From: a virus
Reading direction: 5' to 3' (one strand)
Length of the DNA stretch: 64,000 nt
IMG/VR virus record: IMGVR_UViG_3300037258_000046
Span: 1-64,000 of that record
Part shown: piece by piece, positions 55,889-64,000 of the stretch
How the letters are laid out: every line of letters begins with the position of its first letter
Position numbering within the stretch: the first letter of the stretch is position 1
Translations under genes and position numbers: made by a program
Notes under the pieces: model-generated
What the model was told of the DNA's origin: nothing
What the model saw: the letters and a program-made list of their open reading frames with translations, nothing else
The model's database searches: none

Positions 55889-56590
55889 TCACTCTCCCCA
55901 GCCACCCGCGCTCCCCGGCCACAGCATGTCGCCGCCCATCCCGGGCGGCCCGAAGCCGGGCAGCGAGCCGGGCAGAGCCCCCGGCATGTCCCACGTGTCG
56001 CGGAAGTCCTGCTCGACCATCATGCTCGCGGGCATCGGCGATCCGAGCCGCATCATCCAGTAGTCGAACTGCTCGGCCGTCAGCAGCAGCCACAGCAGAT
56101 CCGACAGCTCCGTCCACGAGTTGATCTGAGGATTGCTCACCGACCCGCGCGAGCGAAGCACCGTCTGCGGATCGCGACGCACCTCCGCGTAGGAGCCCGC
56201 CTTGAAGCTCTGGAGGTAGTCCTGCGACACGACGGCCGTCATGTATCCGGCGCTCTCGTGCACGGCCTCCTGCACCGCCCGAAGGATCACCGCACGCCAC
56301 CCCACGATCCCCAGGTCAAGCTCCGCGCCGTAGCTGTCGAGCGCGAGGATCGGATCGAGCCCCTCGAACACCTCGACCGCCCAATCCGTCGGCTGCACGT
56401 TCGGCAACGTCGAGTCGATCGTGCGACCCGTCGTCGCCTCCACATAGCCGATCGCCGACGCCGCGAAGCTATCGAGCGGGTCGGGATCTCCACCCGCGGG
56501 CGCCGGAAACCCGAGGTTCGCTAGAAACTGCGCCGGGATGCGCGACCTGATGTCGACGCCCGCCGGAGGCAACGTGTAGGTGAACGCCAC
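55889..56590 (-). CDS. head-tail connector-like protein
   Basis: AIGYVEATTGR...SFKAGSY; GCGCGGG-TAGGAT 7 nt upstream (leaderless). Confidence 0.6.
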   Translation of the reverse strand: MAFTYTLPPAGVDIRSRIPAQFLANLGFPAPAGGDPDPLDSFAASAIGYVEATTGRTIDSTLPNVQPTDWAVEVFEGLDPILALDSYGAELDLGIVGWRAVILRAVQEAVHESAGYMTAVVSQDYLQSFKAGSYAEVRRDPQTVLRSRGSVSNPQINSWTELSDLLWLLLTAEQFDYWMMRLGSPMPASMMVEQDFRDTWDMPGALPGSLPGFGPPGMGGDMLWPGSAGGWGE

Positions 56591-56631
56591 TCAGCCCATC
56601 CTACCCGCGCCCACGACCGCCCCTAGATGCA

Positions 56632-56658
56632 CGAAGCGCCCCGTGAGGGGCGCTTCGC
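56632..56658 (-). terminator. hairpin terminator after the head operon
   Basis: cgaagcgcccc-gtga-ggggcgcttcg. Confidence 0.6.
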
Positions 56659-56694
56659 AGCTCAGGCGGACAGAGCGTGTGGCGGGGGAGAAGA

Positions 56695-57237
56695 TCAGTC
56701 GTCGGCGCCGTCGCCGTCATCGGCGGCCGGAGCCTTGCGCGTGCGGCGCGTGCTCGTGTGCGCCTCGCTCTCGCGCTGCGCGTCCGCGCGATCCGCAAGA
56801 CGCTGCCCCATCTCGCTCTCAGCGAACGCCTCGGCCTCGCTGACGTGCTGCTTGGACTTGCCCGACCCCTTGAGATCGGAGAACGGGAACGCGCCCTTGT
56901 AGGCAGCCCCGCGGGCATCCTCGGCGACGTACACGACCCACGCATCGGCGAGCGTGCGGCCGCGAATCGCGGCGGCAACGACCTCGTGCTCTTCGAGCCC
57001 GGCGACCTTCGCGACCTTCGCGAGATCGAGCTTCGGCGACTCCTCGATCTCGTGCTCGGCGCCCGAGTTGACCGCCTGCGCACGCAGACGAGCGTGATGC
57101 GGAAGATGCGTGGCCTTGAGCAGCGGCCCCGGCCGCGAGTCGTAGACCGCGTTGATCAGATCGCCAGCGACGCTCGCGGTGCCACCGGCACCGACGATGT
57201 CCGCGATCCGCGGGCTGACTTCTGCCGTCTCGGCCAT
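56695..57237 (-). CDS. hypothetical protein after the capsid
   Basis: Abuts the capsid stop. Confidence 0.65.
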   Translation of the reverse strand: MAETAEVSPRIADIVGAGGTASVAGDLINAVYDSRPGPLLKATHLPHHARLRAQAVNSGAEHEIEESPKLDLAKVAKVAGLEEHEVVAAAIRGRTLADAWVVYVAEDARGAAYKGAFPFSDLKGSGKSKQHVSEAEAFAESEMGQRLADRADAQRESEAHTSTRRTRKAPAADDGDGADD

Positions 57238-58380
57238 TTAGGCCACCACCGATCGGTAGGTTCCGCGCGGGTCGACCGGCGCAGAGCCGAAGTCGAACTC
57301 CGTGATGTACTCCAGCGCCCGCAGATCCCACGAGTACGGGTCGCTGTCCGGGCCGACGATCGAGCGGATCTCGGGATTGCGCATCCCGAGGAAAGGCGTC
57401 TCGTCGCCGTCGAGGAAGCTGATCGTGAACGCCGGGATCTGCGACGGATCCGCGAACAGATACCAGTCGTTCGGGTCCGGCAGGAAGTTGTCGACCACCA
57501 CGCCCCCGGGCAGCAGCCCGGAGTCGGCTAGCGGGTTCACGTTGCCCGCGGCCATCTGCCCCGCCGCCATGTCGGTGGTATCGGTGCGGATGCCCGTGAT
57601 CTGCGAGTTCAGGATGCGACGCGCGATCGCGGCCATGCGGTCGTTCTGCACGACCAGCACGCTCGCCTTCGACACGATCGGCCGGTTCAGGTCATCGCGC
57701 TGCGTCTGGAGCCACACGATCCCGTCCAGCAGCGAGTCCTCAGACAGCGCCGCCGTAGCCGAGTTGCCGACCACGCCGCCGTTCGTCGGCCGCGAGCTGG
57801 AGTACACCGGGTTGCCGTCGGGCGCCGTCGGGTTCGCGACGATCAGAGCGATCACGGCCTGCTGGATGAACACCCCAGCGGAGTAGCCCATCTCGTCAGG
57901 CGTCCGCGACAGGATCTCGTTCGTGTCGTCGTTGCGAAGCGCCTGCCGCGTGATCTTGTACTCCGCGCCATAGGTGTCGACCATGATCGACGCCTCCGGG
58001 CGGAACGTCCAGCGCATCCCGGGACGCGTCCCAAGCTCGCCGACGTAGCCGATGCCGGTCATACCGGCGAAGCCCTTGATGCGCTTCTCGCGGAAGTCCT
58101 GCGCCGAGTCCTTCGCGGCGTAGCGCTTCCACTGGAAGGCCGCGCGCTCATACCCGGCGTAGAACGCGATGCGCACCGTGCCGTAAAGGAAGCTCGCGAA
58201 GTCGGCGCGCGTGTCCGGCGACGCCTCCTCCAGCAGCATCAGCGCAAGACGCTGATCCTCGTCGAGGTTCTCGGACGCCAGCGTCGCACCGGCCTCCTGT
58301 AGCTCGATGCACGTGTCGCGCCAGTCCTCGTACATATCGAAGGTGCGGAGCGGCTTGCCCCATCGGCCGTAGTCGCGCAT
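57238..58380 (-). CDS. major capsid protein (Mu gpT-like)
   Basis: TYGAEYKITRQALRNDD, WYLFADP, FLDGDETP, DFGSAPVDPRG. Confidence 0.9.
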   Translation of the reverse strand: MRDYGRWGKPLRTFDMYEDWRDTCIELQEAGATLASENLDEDQRLALMLLEEASPDTRADFASFLYGTVRIAFYAGYERAAFQWKRYAAKDSAQDFREKRIKGFAGMTGIGYVGELGTRPGMRWTFRPEASIMVDTYGAEYKITRQALRNDDTNEILSRTPDEMGYSAGVFIQQAVIALIVANPTAPDGNPVYSSSRPTNGGVVGNSATAALSEDSLLDGIVWLQTQRDDLNRPIVSKASVLVVQNDRMAAIARRILNSQITGIRTDTTDMAAGQMAAGNVNPLADSGLLPGGVVVDNFLPDPNDWYLFADPSQIPAFTISFLDGDETPFLGMRNPEIRSIVGPDSDPYSWDLRALEYITEFDFGSAPVDPRGTYRSVVA

Positions 58381-58766
58381 CAGAGCGTGTCCTTCGCGTC
58401 GAGGTTGACCCACATCAGGCCCGTCGGGCAGCCGTAGGTTCCGGGAAGCGCCACGATGCGGCCGACCTTGACCTGCCCGGTCGACGGTGCGCCAAGACCA
58501 ACGACGCCCGTGGCCGTCGTGATGTAGACCTCTTCGCCGAACGTTGCGCCGCCGATCGCGGCCACCTCGACGACGCCGGTCGTGATCAGGAAGAACGGCT
58601 CGCTGACGGCGATGACGTTGATGTTCGCGCGAGCGGTCGCGATCGTGTAGCCCTGCTGCTTGACAGCAGTGCCGACGTACCCGCCCTCATAGGTCAGATC
58701 GCCGTGGCTGCATGACCGGGTGGCAGCGGGGACGTGTACCCCGCGGCTGGAGACGTTCAGCGGCAT
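58380..58766 (-). CDS. capsid cement/decoration protein (DUF2190-like)
   Basis: GYVGTAV...TTGVVEV...FGEEVY...VG; position. Confidence 0.7.
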   Translation of the reverse strand: MPLNVSSRGVHVPAATRSCSHGDLTYEGGYVGTAVKQQGYTIATARANINVIAVSEPFFLITTGVVEVAAIGGATFGEEVYITTATGVVGLGAPSTGQVKVGRIVALPGTYGCPTGLMWVNLDAKDTL

Positions 58767-60076
58767 TACTCAGCGCCTCCCCGCGCCGGAGCGGGCTCAC
58801 CCGTCAGGCGCTTCGTGTCGACTCCGGCAGACCGCAGGCCAGTCGCGAAGCTCGCGCGACCGCGGGAACGAGTTCCGTGCGCCGGAGGAGTTCCCCCGTC
58901 GCCCGTGGTGGCCGCACCCTGCCCGCGCACGCGGGTGGGCTGCGCCTCCGCGAGCTTCAAGCGCTCGCGTGCGATGTCGGCGTCCAGAGCCTCCTGGAGC
59001 ACCTTGAGCGCAGGCTTCGTGACCGCACCCTCGCCGTCGCGCTCGGCGACGACATCGAGAGCGGCGCTCGGACGCGCCTCGCCCGACTCCTCGATCGAGA
59101 GCCGGTAGCGAAGGTTCAGATCGTCCTGGAAGGTGGGCGGCAGCTTCGACTCCGAGATGACGCGCTTGGCCTCGGCGTGCAGGTCACGAATCTCGACCTG
59201 ACGACGCGACTCCGAGCGGATCTCCGTCTCCAGCGACTCGCGGATCTCGGCGGTCTGCGCCTTCACCTTCGTCTCGACGATCGTGTCGATGGCAGTCGCG
59301 AACTCCGTGGACGCGAGTGCCTCTTCGAGCGTGATGGGCTTGGCGTCGTCGGTCACGAGTGGCTCCGGTTCAGGCGGCTCAGGGGGAGCTGCGGCTTCGA
59401 GCAGATGCGGCCGATGCTCACGGAGGTGAAAGACGAGATCATCGTCTCCCAGCCCCGACAACGTGCGCTCTGCATCACCATGTTCACGATCATAGTCGGC
59501 CTCTGCGAGTGCAAGTACATGCCCGCCCGCTCCGGCGCGCGTCACGAAGTCGACGCTCGACTCGTCCGCGCCATCGAAGCCCTCGACCAGCTCGGACGGC
59601 TTGCCGCGGTAGTTCGCGCGGCGCACCCCGGTCGCGAAAGTGCGGACGCTCAGCTTCACCGCGTTGGGCACCGCCTCGATCAGCTCGCGCATCTCGCGCG
59701 TCGGCATAGCGCGGCCGATGACCGCGCCCTTCTCGTGGCCAAGCTCCGTGTCCTGCGGCGTCTCGAAGTCCGGATCCCAGCTCGTCTCGCGGATCTCGCC
59801 GCGCAGATCGCCGGTCGGTCGCGGCAGCCCGCCGCGCAGCTTCTTGATCGCCGGGCTCTCGTGGTTGTCGAACATCGGCAACCCCTTGAAGAACGAGTGC
59901 TGCGACTCCAGCAGCTCGCGAGGATAGACGCGCTTCCCGCGGCCGCGCGCCTGCCCCGGCCGGATCAGCACCACGTTCACGGTGCCGTCCTCGTTGAACG
60001 GGCCGCCGCCGTCCGTGCTCTCCTGGAGCAGCAGGGGGATCGTCTCAACGACGTCCGGCGTGCGAGTTCCGGTCAC
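58766..60076 (-). CDS. prohead protease-scaffold fusion
   Basis: IRPG..RGKRVYPRELL, MFDNH, LSV, SVDFVTRAGAGG; acidic coiled-coil C-terminus. Confidence 0.8.
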   Translation of the reverse strand: MTGTRTPDVVETIPLLLQESTDGGGPFNEDGTVNVVLIRPGQARGRGKRVYPRELLESQHSFFKGLPMFDNHESPAIKKLRGGLPRPTGDLRGEIRETSWDPDFETPQDTELGHEKGAVIGRAMPTREMRELIEAVPNAVKLSVRTFATGVRRANYRGKPSELVEGFDGADESSVDFVTRAGAGGHVLALAEADYDREHGDAERTLSGLGDDDLVFHLREHRPHLLEAAAPPEPPEPEPLVTDDAKPITLEEALASTEFATAIDTIVETKVKAQTAEIRESLETEIRSESRRQVEIRDLHAEAKRVISESKLPPTFQDDLNLRYRLSIEESGEARPSAALDVVAERDGEGAVTKPALKVLQEALDADIARERLKLAEAQPTRVRGQGAATTGDGGTPPAHGTRSRGRASFATGLRSAGVDTKRLTGEPAPARGGAE

Positions 60077-60082
60077 ACGGTC

Positions 60083-60098
60083 AGGATAGCCGCGCCAG
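60083..60098 (-). promoter_or_regulatory. late-type promoter CTGGCGCGGC-TATCCT, leaderless
   Basis: 6 nt before GTG 60076. Confidence 0.55.
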
Positions 60099-60113
60099 CC
60101 GGACGTTCATCAA

Positions 60114-60383
60114 TCAGTGCTTTGCGTGCCCGTTCGTCGCCTTGTCGCGATCGGCGCGCCACAGCTCGATGATCTCCCGCCGCGCCTGCGGGTCACCGCG
60201 CAGCTCCGGCGCCGACGCGTCAACCCACGGCGGCAGCGGAGCGTTCGTCTTGTGGCGCCCGCGCGCCACGTAGTCGAGGTTCCGCCACATCTGCATCAGG
60301 AACCCCGCGGCGATCGAGCACGCCATGCCGAACGCAGCGAGCGCCAGCACGGCGAGCACGATCAGAAGCAGCAGCGCGATCAT
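60114..60383 (-). CDS. single-TM membrane protein
   Basis: Hydrophobic N-terminus; TGATG-coupled. Confidence 0.6.
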   Translation of the reverse strand: MIALLLLIVLAVLALAAFGMACSIAAGFLMQMWRNLDYVARGRHKTNAPLPPWVDASAPELRGDPQARREIIELWRADRDKATNGHAKH

Positions 60384-60637
60384 CAGAACGGCAGATCGTC
60401 GGCGTGGTCGACGATCGCGACGGCCGGGCGAATCACACGCACGAGCTTGTAGTCAGCGACCACCGCGCGAGCCTCGCGAATGCCCTCCGGCTCCGGGCCC
60501 TGCTCCCAGCTATGAACGGCCATCGCGTCGTACGGGTCGAAGCCCATCGACACCGCGCCCATGCCCACCTCGGCCGCGATCTCGCTCGCCTGCTCCTCCC
60601 ACTCCTCGATCGTGGTGAAGGCTTCATCTACGGTCAT
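60383..60637 (-). CDS. hypothetical acidic protein (ends DDLPF)
   Basis: ATG 60637 after leader. Confidence 0.65.
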   Translation of the reverse strand: MTVDEAFTTIEEWEEQASEIAAEVGMGAVSMGFDPYDAMAVHSWEQGPEPEGIREARAVVADYKLVRVIRPAVAIVDHADDLPF

Positions 60638-60683
60638 CGTCTGCTCCTGTCGGTCGGTTCGGGTTGCGCCGCAAACTGTAGCA
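60638..60683 (-). promoter_or_regulatory. early-type promoter/leader TGC-TACAGT-N7-GCAACCCG-SD
   Basis: -10 60675-80, box 60660-67. Confidence 0.75.
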
Positions 60684-60696
60684 CAACGCGAACCGC

Positions 60697-61737
60697 CTAT
60701 GCGTCCCCGTACGTCGACAGCACATACTCGGAGACTTCCCCCCAATTCTCAGTCGCGAGCGTCAACACCGTCCGCTGCTCCTCCTCCTCCTGCACCTTCT
60801 CCTGCCACTGATGCCCGTCACGCAGCAGCCCGATCTCAGTACGGATCAACCGGACTAGCGTCTGCGGGTCGAGCGCGTCCAGCTCCCATGAGCTGCTCCC
60901 GTAGCGCTTCACGTAGCCGTGGCCGCGCGAGTCCGACAGCTTCGCCGGGTTCGGCGGAGGGTTGTGCTCCTGGATCTGCTCCCAGGTCAACGCGATGCGC
61001 TTCACCTCCAGCTTCTCCCACAGCTCCGCCTTCATCGTGTCGACGTCGTCGCCGAGATCGCACAGATCCAAGTCGACCGACAGGAACCGCGCGAGCCGAT
61101 CTTCGATGTCGCGGGTCATGTCGATGCCCGACGGATCGTGGTCCCCGAGATGCAAGATCACGCACCGCTTGCCCTGCTCGATCTTCCCGCGCAACCGCTG
61201 CGCCGAAGACCAAATCTCCGATAGCGACGTGTACCCGCGGCACGACAGATAGGTGACGTCCTCGATCGGGCAGCTCCGCTCAAGCATCCCCACGAGCGCG
61301 TCCTTCTCGATCCACACCTCGACGTGAGTGTCCTGCGGCGCCCACTTGTCGATCGCGAACGCCTGCGCGGCCGCCTCGATCAGCTCCGTCGGCGAGTCCC
61401 AATGCGGCGGGCTCTCCGCCTTGCGCGTGCGGTCGACGATGTAGTCCCAATCGAGCTGCCCGGCCAGCCGCGCGTCGGCGACGATGTCGCCCAGCCACTT
61501 GTAGTTCGGCTCCGCGTTCTTCGTGCCGTTCTCGTCGCGAACCCACTTCCCCGCGGCCGTCTGCGACCACGTGCGCGCGTCCGGAAAGTAGTCGTGCGCG
61601 ACGAACTGGTAGTAGAGCTGCCGCAGCGTCAAGTCGTAGCGCTGCGCCGCGAACTCCGCGCATATCTGGCGGGCCCGAGCGATCACCCGCCGCGCCTCCG
61701 GCGGGAACGACTTCGACACGTACTGAATCTCAGGCAT
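60697..61737 (-). CDS. Topo VI-A/Spo11/JetD-like wHTH+TOPRIM protein
   Basis: LTLRQLYYQ, VEVWIEKDAL, RGYTS, ILHLGDHDPSG, WELDAL. Confidence 0.8.
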   Translation of the reverse strand: MPEIQYVSKSFPPEARRVIARARQICAEFAAQRYDLTLRQLYYQFVAHDYFPDARTWSQTAAGKWVRDENGTKNAEPNYKWLGDIVADARLAGQLDWDYIVDRTRKAESPPHWDSPTELIEAAAQAFAIDKWAPQDTHVEVWIEKDALVGMLERSCPIEDVTYLSCRGYTSLSEIWSSAQRLRGKIEQGKRCVILHLGDHDPSGIDMTRDIEDRLARFLSVDLDLCDLGDDVDTMKAELWEKLEVKRIALTWEQIQEHNPPPNPAKLSDSRGHGYVKRYGSSSWELDALDPQTLVRLIRTEIGLLRDGHQWQEKVQEEEEQRTVLTLATENWGEVSEYVLSTYGDA

Positions 61738-62116
61738 CACTACCTCCTCGCAGCTCGGCCGCCTTCGCCAAGTAGACCGCGGCCTCCTCCGGCGTGCGGC
61801 CCGCGACATTCTCCAGCGCCGCGATGCGACGCTCCCGCGGGAACCGCGCCAGCAGCGCGCTCACGTGATCGCGCAGATGCTCAAGCTGCCAGACGATCTC
61901 CTCCTCGTAGGCTTCGCGCGCCAGCGACGAGAACTCCGAGCCCTCCTCGAACAGAAGGTGCGCGAGCCGCATGATCGCTAGCGGAGCGTCTTCGAGCGCC
62001 TTCTGCGCGAGCCTCCAGCGTTCCGGCACCGGCTTCGTCGACCACGAGCCCGCACGCACCCGGCCGACGCCTTGGACGTAGGTCATCTTCGGCATCAGCG
62101 CCACAACCTTCGCCAC
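61730..62116 (-). CDS. hypothetical protein
   Basis: IAALENVAGRTPEEA motif. Confidence 0.55.
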   Translation of the reverse strand: MAKVVALMPKMTYVQGVGRVRAGSWSTKPVPERWRLAQKALEDAPLAIMRLAHLLFEEGSEFSSLAREAYEEEIVWQLEHLRDHVSALLARFPRERRIAALENVAGRTPEEAAVYLAKAAELRGGSDA

Positions 62117-62252
62117 ACGCCGACCTTGCCGAGCCCGCGCCCCACCGCGATGTTCTTCGCGCGCCGCGGCACGTTGCCCGTCCTGATCGCCCTGCCGGTC
62201 GCGCTCGCGCGCGCCGCCCGGTACAGCGTCCCCGTCACCGTGAACTTGCCCA

Positions 62253-62954
62253 TCACTGCACCTTCCTTTCAGCCGCGCGGCGGGCTGCCTGCCAGATCCG
62301 CGCGTCCATGTCGTAGGTTCGTCCGTCGTTGCGCACGCCGTCCAGCGCGCCCGGCCAAAGCTCTCTCGCGGCCCGCAGCAGCGTCACCCTGAACTGCGTG
62401 CCGTGGTGCTCGTGGTAGTTGCAGATCACATGGACCAGCTCGTGCAGGATCAGCTCTTGCGCGCGCTCCAGCGGCACCGTCGGCCCGAACCGCAGCACCA
62501 TCCGGTCGTACCACCACGCCCGCCCCGAGCACCCGCTGCCGATCGCCTTCGAGCGGATGATCTTCACCTCGGGCCGCCATGACGGCGGCTCCGGGTTGAC
62601 CAGCTCGTCGCGCGTCGCGGCCCACCGCTCGCGGATCTCCGGCAGCCGCATGCACCGCTCGATGAACGCGAAGACGTCCAGCTCGACGCGCTCGCCATCG
62701 GCCGCGACAGCCCACACGATCCATCGCTCGCGCTCGCGCTGACGTGCCGCCTTCTCCGCCGTCGCGCGCTTCTCGCTGCTGCGCAGCGCCGACGCGGCGC
62801 GCTTGCGCTCAAGCGACGGCGCCGTGCGCTTCACTAGACGGCCCTCCGCCTGCGAGCACGGCAAGCAGTAGCGCACCACCGCATCGGCGCGCGGACGCGT
62901 CGAGCCGAGCACACCCGGATGCTTGCCGTTCGGGCACTCCCACCGCACGCTCAC
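62253..62954 (-). CDS. SprT-like zinc metallopeptidase
   Basis: SGRAW...LILHELVH....HHGTQF. Confidence 0.7.
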   Translation of the reverse strand: MSVRWECPNGKHPGVLGSTRPRADAVVRYCLPCSQAEGRLVKRTAPSLERKRAASALRSSEKRATAEKAARQRERERWIVWAVAADGERVELDVFAFIERCMRLPEIRERWAATRDELVNPEPPSWRPEVKIIRSKAIGSGCSGRAWWYDRMVLRFGPTVPLERAQELILHELVHVICNYHEHHGTQFRVTLLRAARELWPGALDGVRNDGRTYDMDARIWQAARRAAERKVQ

Positions 62955-63169
62955 GTGACCGGCCCTCCCGCCTCGCGCGAGAACGACGCGAGCACGCGCG
63001 GCAGAAGCACCGTCTCCTCCGTCGCCTCGATCGTGAAGTCAGCCACGCCGCGCAGGCGTAGCTCCATCGCCAGCTTCTCGGCGATCACGGCAACGGCGCC
63101 CGCCGCCTCCTGCTCGCCGTCGTCCGCCTCCGTAGCGCGGACCTCAATCGTGTACTTCGCTGTCGCCAT
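62951..63169 (-). CDS. hypothetical protein
   Basis: AAGGAG RBS after leader. Confidence 0.65.
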   Translation of the reverse strand: MATAKYTIEVRATEADDGEQEAAGAVAVIAEKLAMELRLRGVADFTIEATEETVLLPRVLASFSREAGGPVT

Positions 63170-63209
63170 CGTTCACTCCTTCGTTCGGGTTGCGCTACAC
63201 AGTGTAGCA
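63170..63209 (-). promoter_or_regulatory. early-type promoter/leader TGC-TACACT-N7-GCAACCCG-SD
   Basis: -10 63201-06, box 63186-93. Confidence 0.75.
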
Positions 63210-63239
63210 GTCCCCGTTACGGAGTGTCGCGCGACTAGG

Positions 63240-63338
63240 TCAGCGGATGGCCTTGATGATCCACACGAACAGCGCCACCGCTGCCAGTGCGAGCACCGCG
63301 ATCAGGAGATCCCCCGCGACGGTCCCGAGCGCCAACAT
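63240..63338 (-). CDS. 32-aa single-TM peptide
   Basis: MLALGTVAGDLLIAVLALAAVALFVWIIKAIR; TGATG-coupled. Confidence 0.5.
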   Translation of the reverse strand: MLALGTVAGDLLIAVLALAAVALFVWIIKAIR

Positions 63339-63682
63339 CAGGTCACGAACTCCGTGTTTGAGTTCGAGTCGAGCGCCTCAAGCGTCGGCGGATCGAGATG
63401 GCCATGCGCGCGCAACCCGACCGACCGCTGGAAGCCCTGCACCGCTCCCACCGTGCTCGCACCGTAGTGGCCGGGCGTGTCGCTGTGCGGGAACCCCTTC
63501 GCCGCGAGCTTGCGCTGAGCCGTCCGCACATGCGGGCCCGTCGACCCCGGCGGGATCGACGCAGGCTCCGCATCCGTCGGCCCGTTGTAGGCGCCCATCG
63601 CCGTCTCGCCATCGCCGCCGCCGCCCGGCAGGAACGCCTCTTCGACGACACCGCGGACCAGCGGACGATTCAACGCGCTCAC
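63338..63682 (-). CDS. stand-alone peptidoglycan-binding domain protein
   Basis: GSTGPHVRTAQRKLAAKGF...GHYGASTVGAVQGFQRSVGL..HGHLDPPT.EAL. Confidence 0.75.
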   Translation of the reverse strand: MSALNRPLVRGVVEEAFLPGGGGDGETAMGAYNGPTDAEPASIPPGSTGPHVRTAQRKLAAKGFPHSDTPGHYGASTVGAVQGFQRSVGLRAHGHLDPPTLEALDSNSNTEFVT

Positions 63683-63731
63683 GCTCTCAGCCTACTCACC
63701 GCCAACCATCCCATGTGCATCCCGCGGAATG

Positions 63732-63980
63732 TCATCCGAGCGCGAGCGCGAGCACGACACCCTCGTCGGGCTCCAGCTCCTCCAGATCCTCAAGCGCCGC
63801 CATCAACGAAGCGCTCACCCGCTGAAACCGCGACGGCGCACCCGACCAGCACCGCTCGAACTCGTCCTTAGTCGCCTCCAGCACCGCACGCCACTCACGC
63901 CGCTCGACCGTCGCATGCGGCCAGCTCTTCTCGCTCACCATCCGCTGCCAGCTCGCGGCCCACGCCGCCTCGAAGTCCAC
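63732..63980 (-). CDS. hypothetical protein
   Basis: 82-aa ORF. Confidence 0.5.
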   Translation of the reverse strand: MDFEAAWAASWQRMVSEKSWPHATVERREWRAVLEATKDEFERCWSGAPSRFQRVSASLMAALEDLEELEPDEGVVLALALG

Positions 63981-64000
63981 CTCACCCGCAGCGCGCGCCT

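Noticed and set aside
1-64000. tRNA, rRNA, reverse transcriptase/DGR or DNA-modification clusters
   Set aside because: No cloverleaf, RT motifs, TR/VR pair or recognisable modification enzymes seen by eye

Overview
A ~70% GC, 64-kb segment of a tailed bacteriophage genome. Essentially all credible genes are on the minus strand, tightly packed with TGATG/GTGA overlaps. An mIHF/sIHF-type protein, an Rpf-like transglycosylase and a Ku homolog point to an actinobacterial host, possibly Thermoleophilia/Solirubrobacterales (inference). In transcription order (right to left) it carries: accessory genes; a head module (protease-scaffold, DUF2190-like cement, Mu gpT-like capsid); a contractile PBSX/Xkd-like tail and baseplate with a GGGAAAG chaperone frameshift and an inserted HNH gene; a recombination/replication module (RecT/Bet, Cas4-like exonuclease, replication initiator with iterons, DnaC-like loader, RusA, Ku); ~20 kb of small early/accessory genes; a lambda-GpA-type terminase; and a second structural module ending in a >1,229-aa repetitive fibre gene that the ORF track missed because it runs off the window. 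No portal, integrase or repressor is visible. The most striking signal is regulatory. Fifteen co-oriented leaders share GCAACCCG-(N0-11)-SD, and 11 of them sit exactly 7 nt after an extended -10 (TGC-TACAGT type). One inverted copy of box+SD lies in a ~100-nt intergenic unit (37262-37361) with its own late-type -10, a 10-bp stem and an intrinsic terminator. This is a candidate phage antisense sRNA that could silence all early mRNAs through their shared leader.
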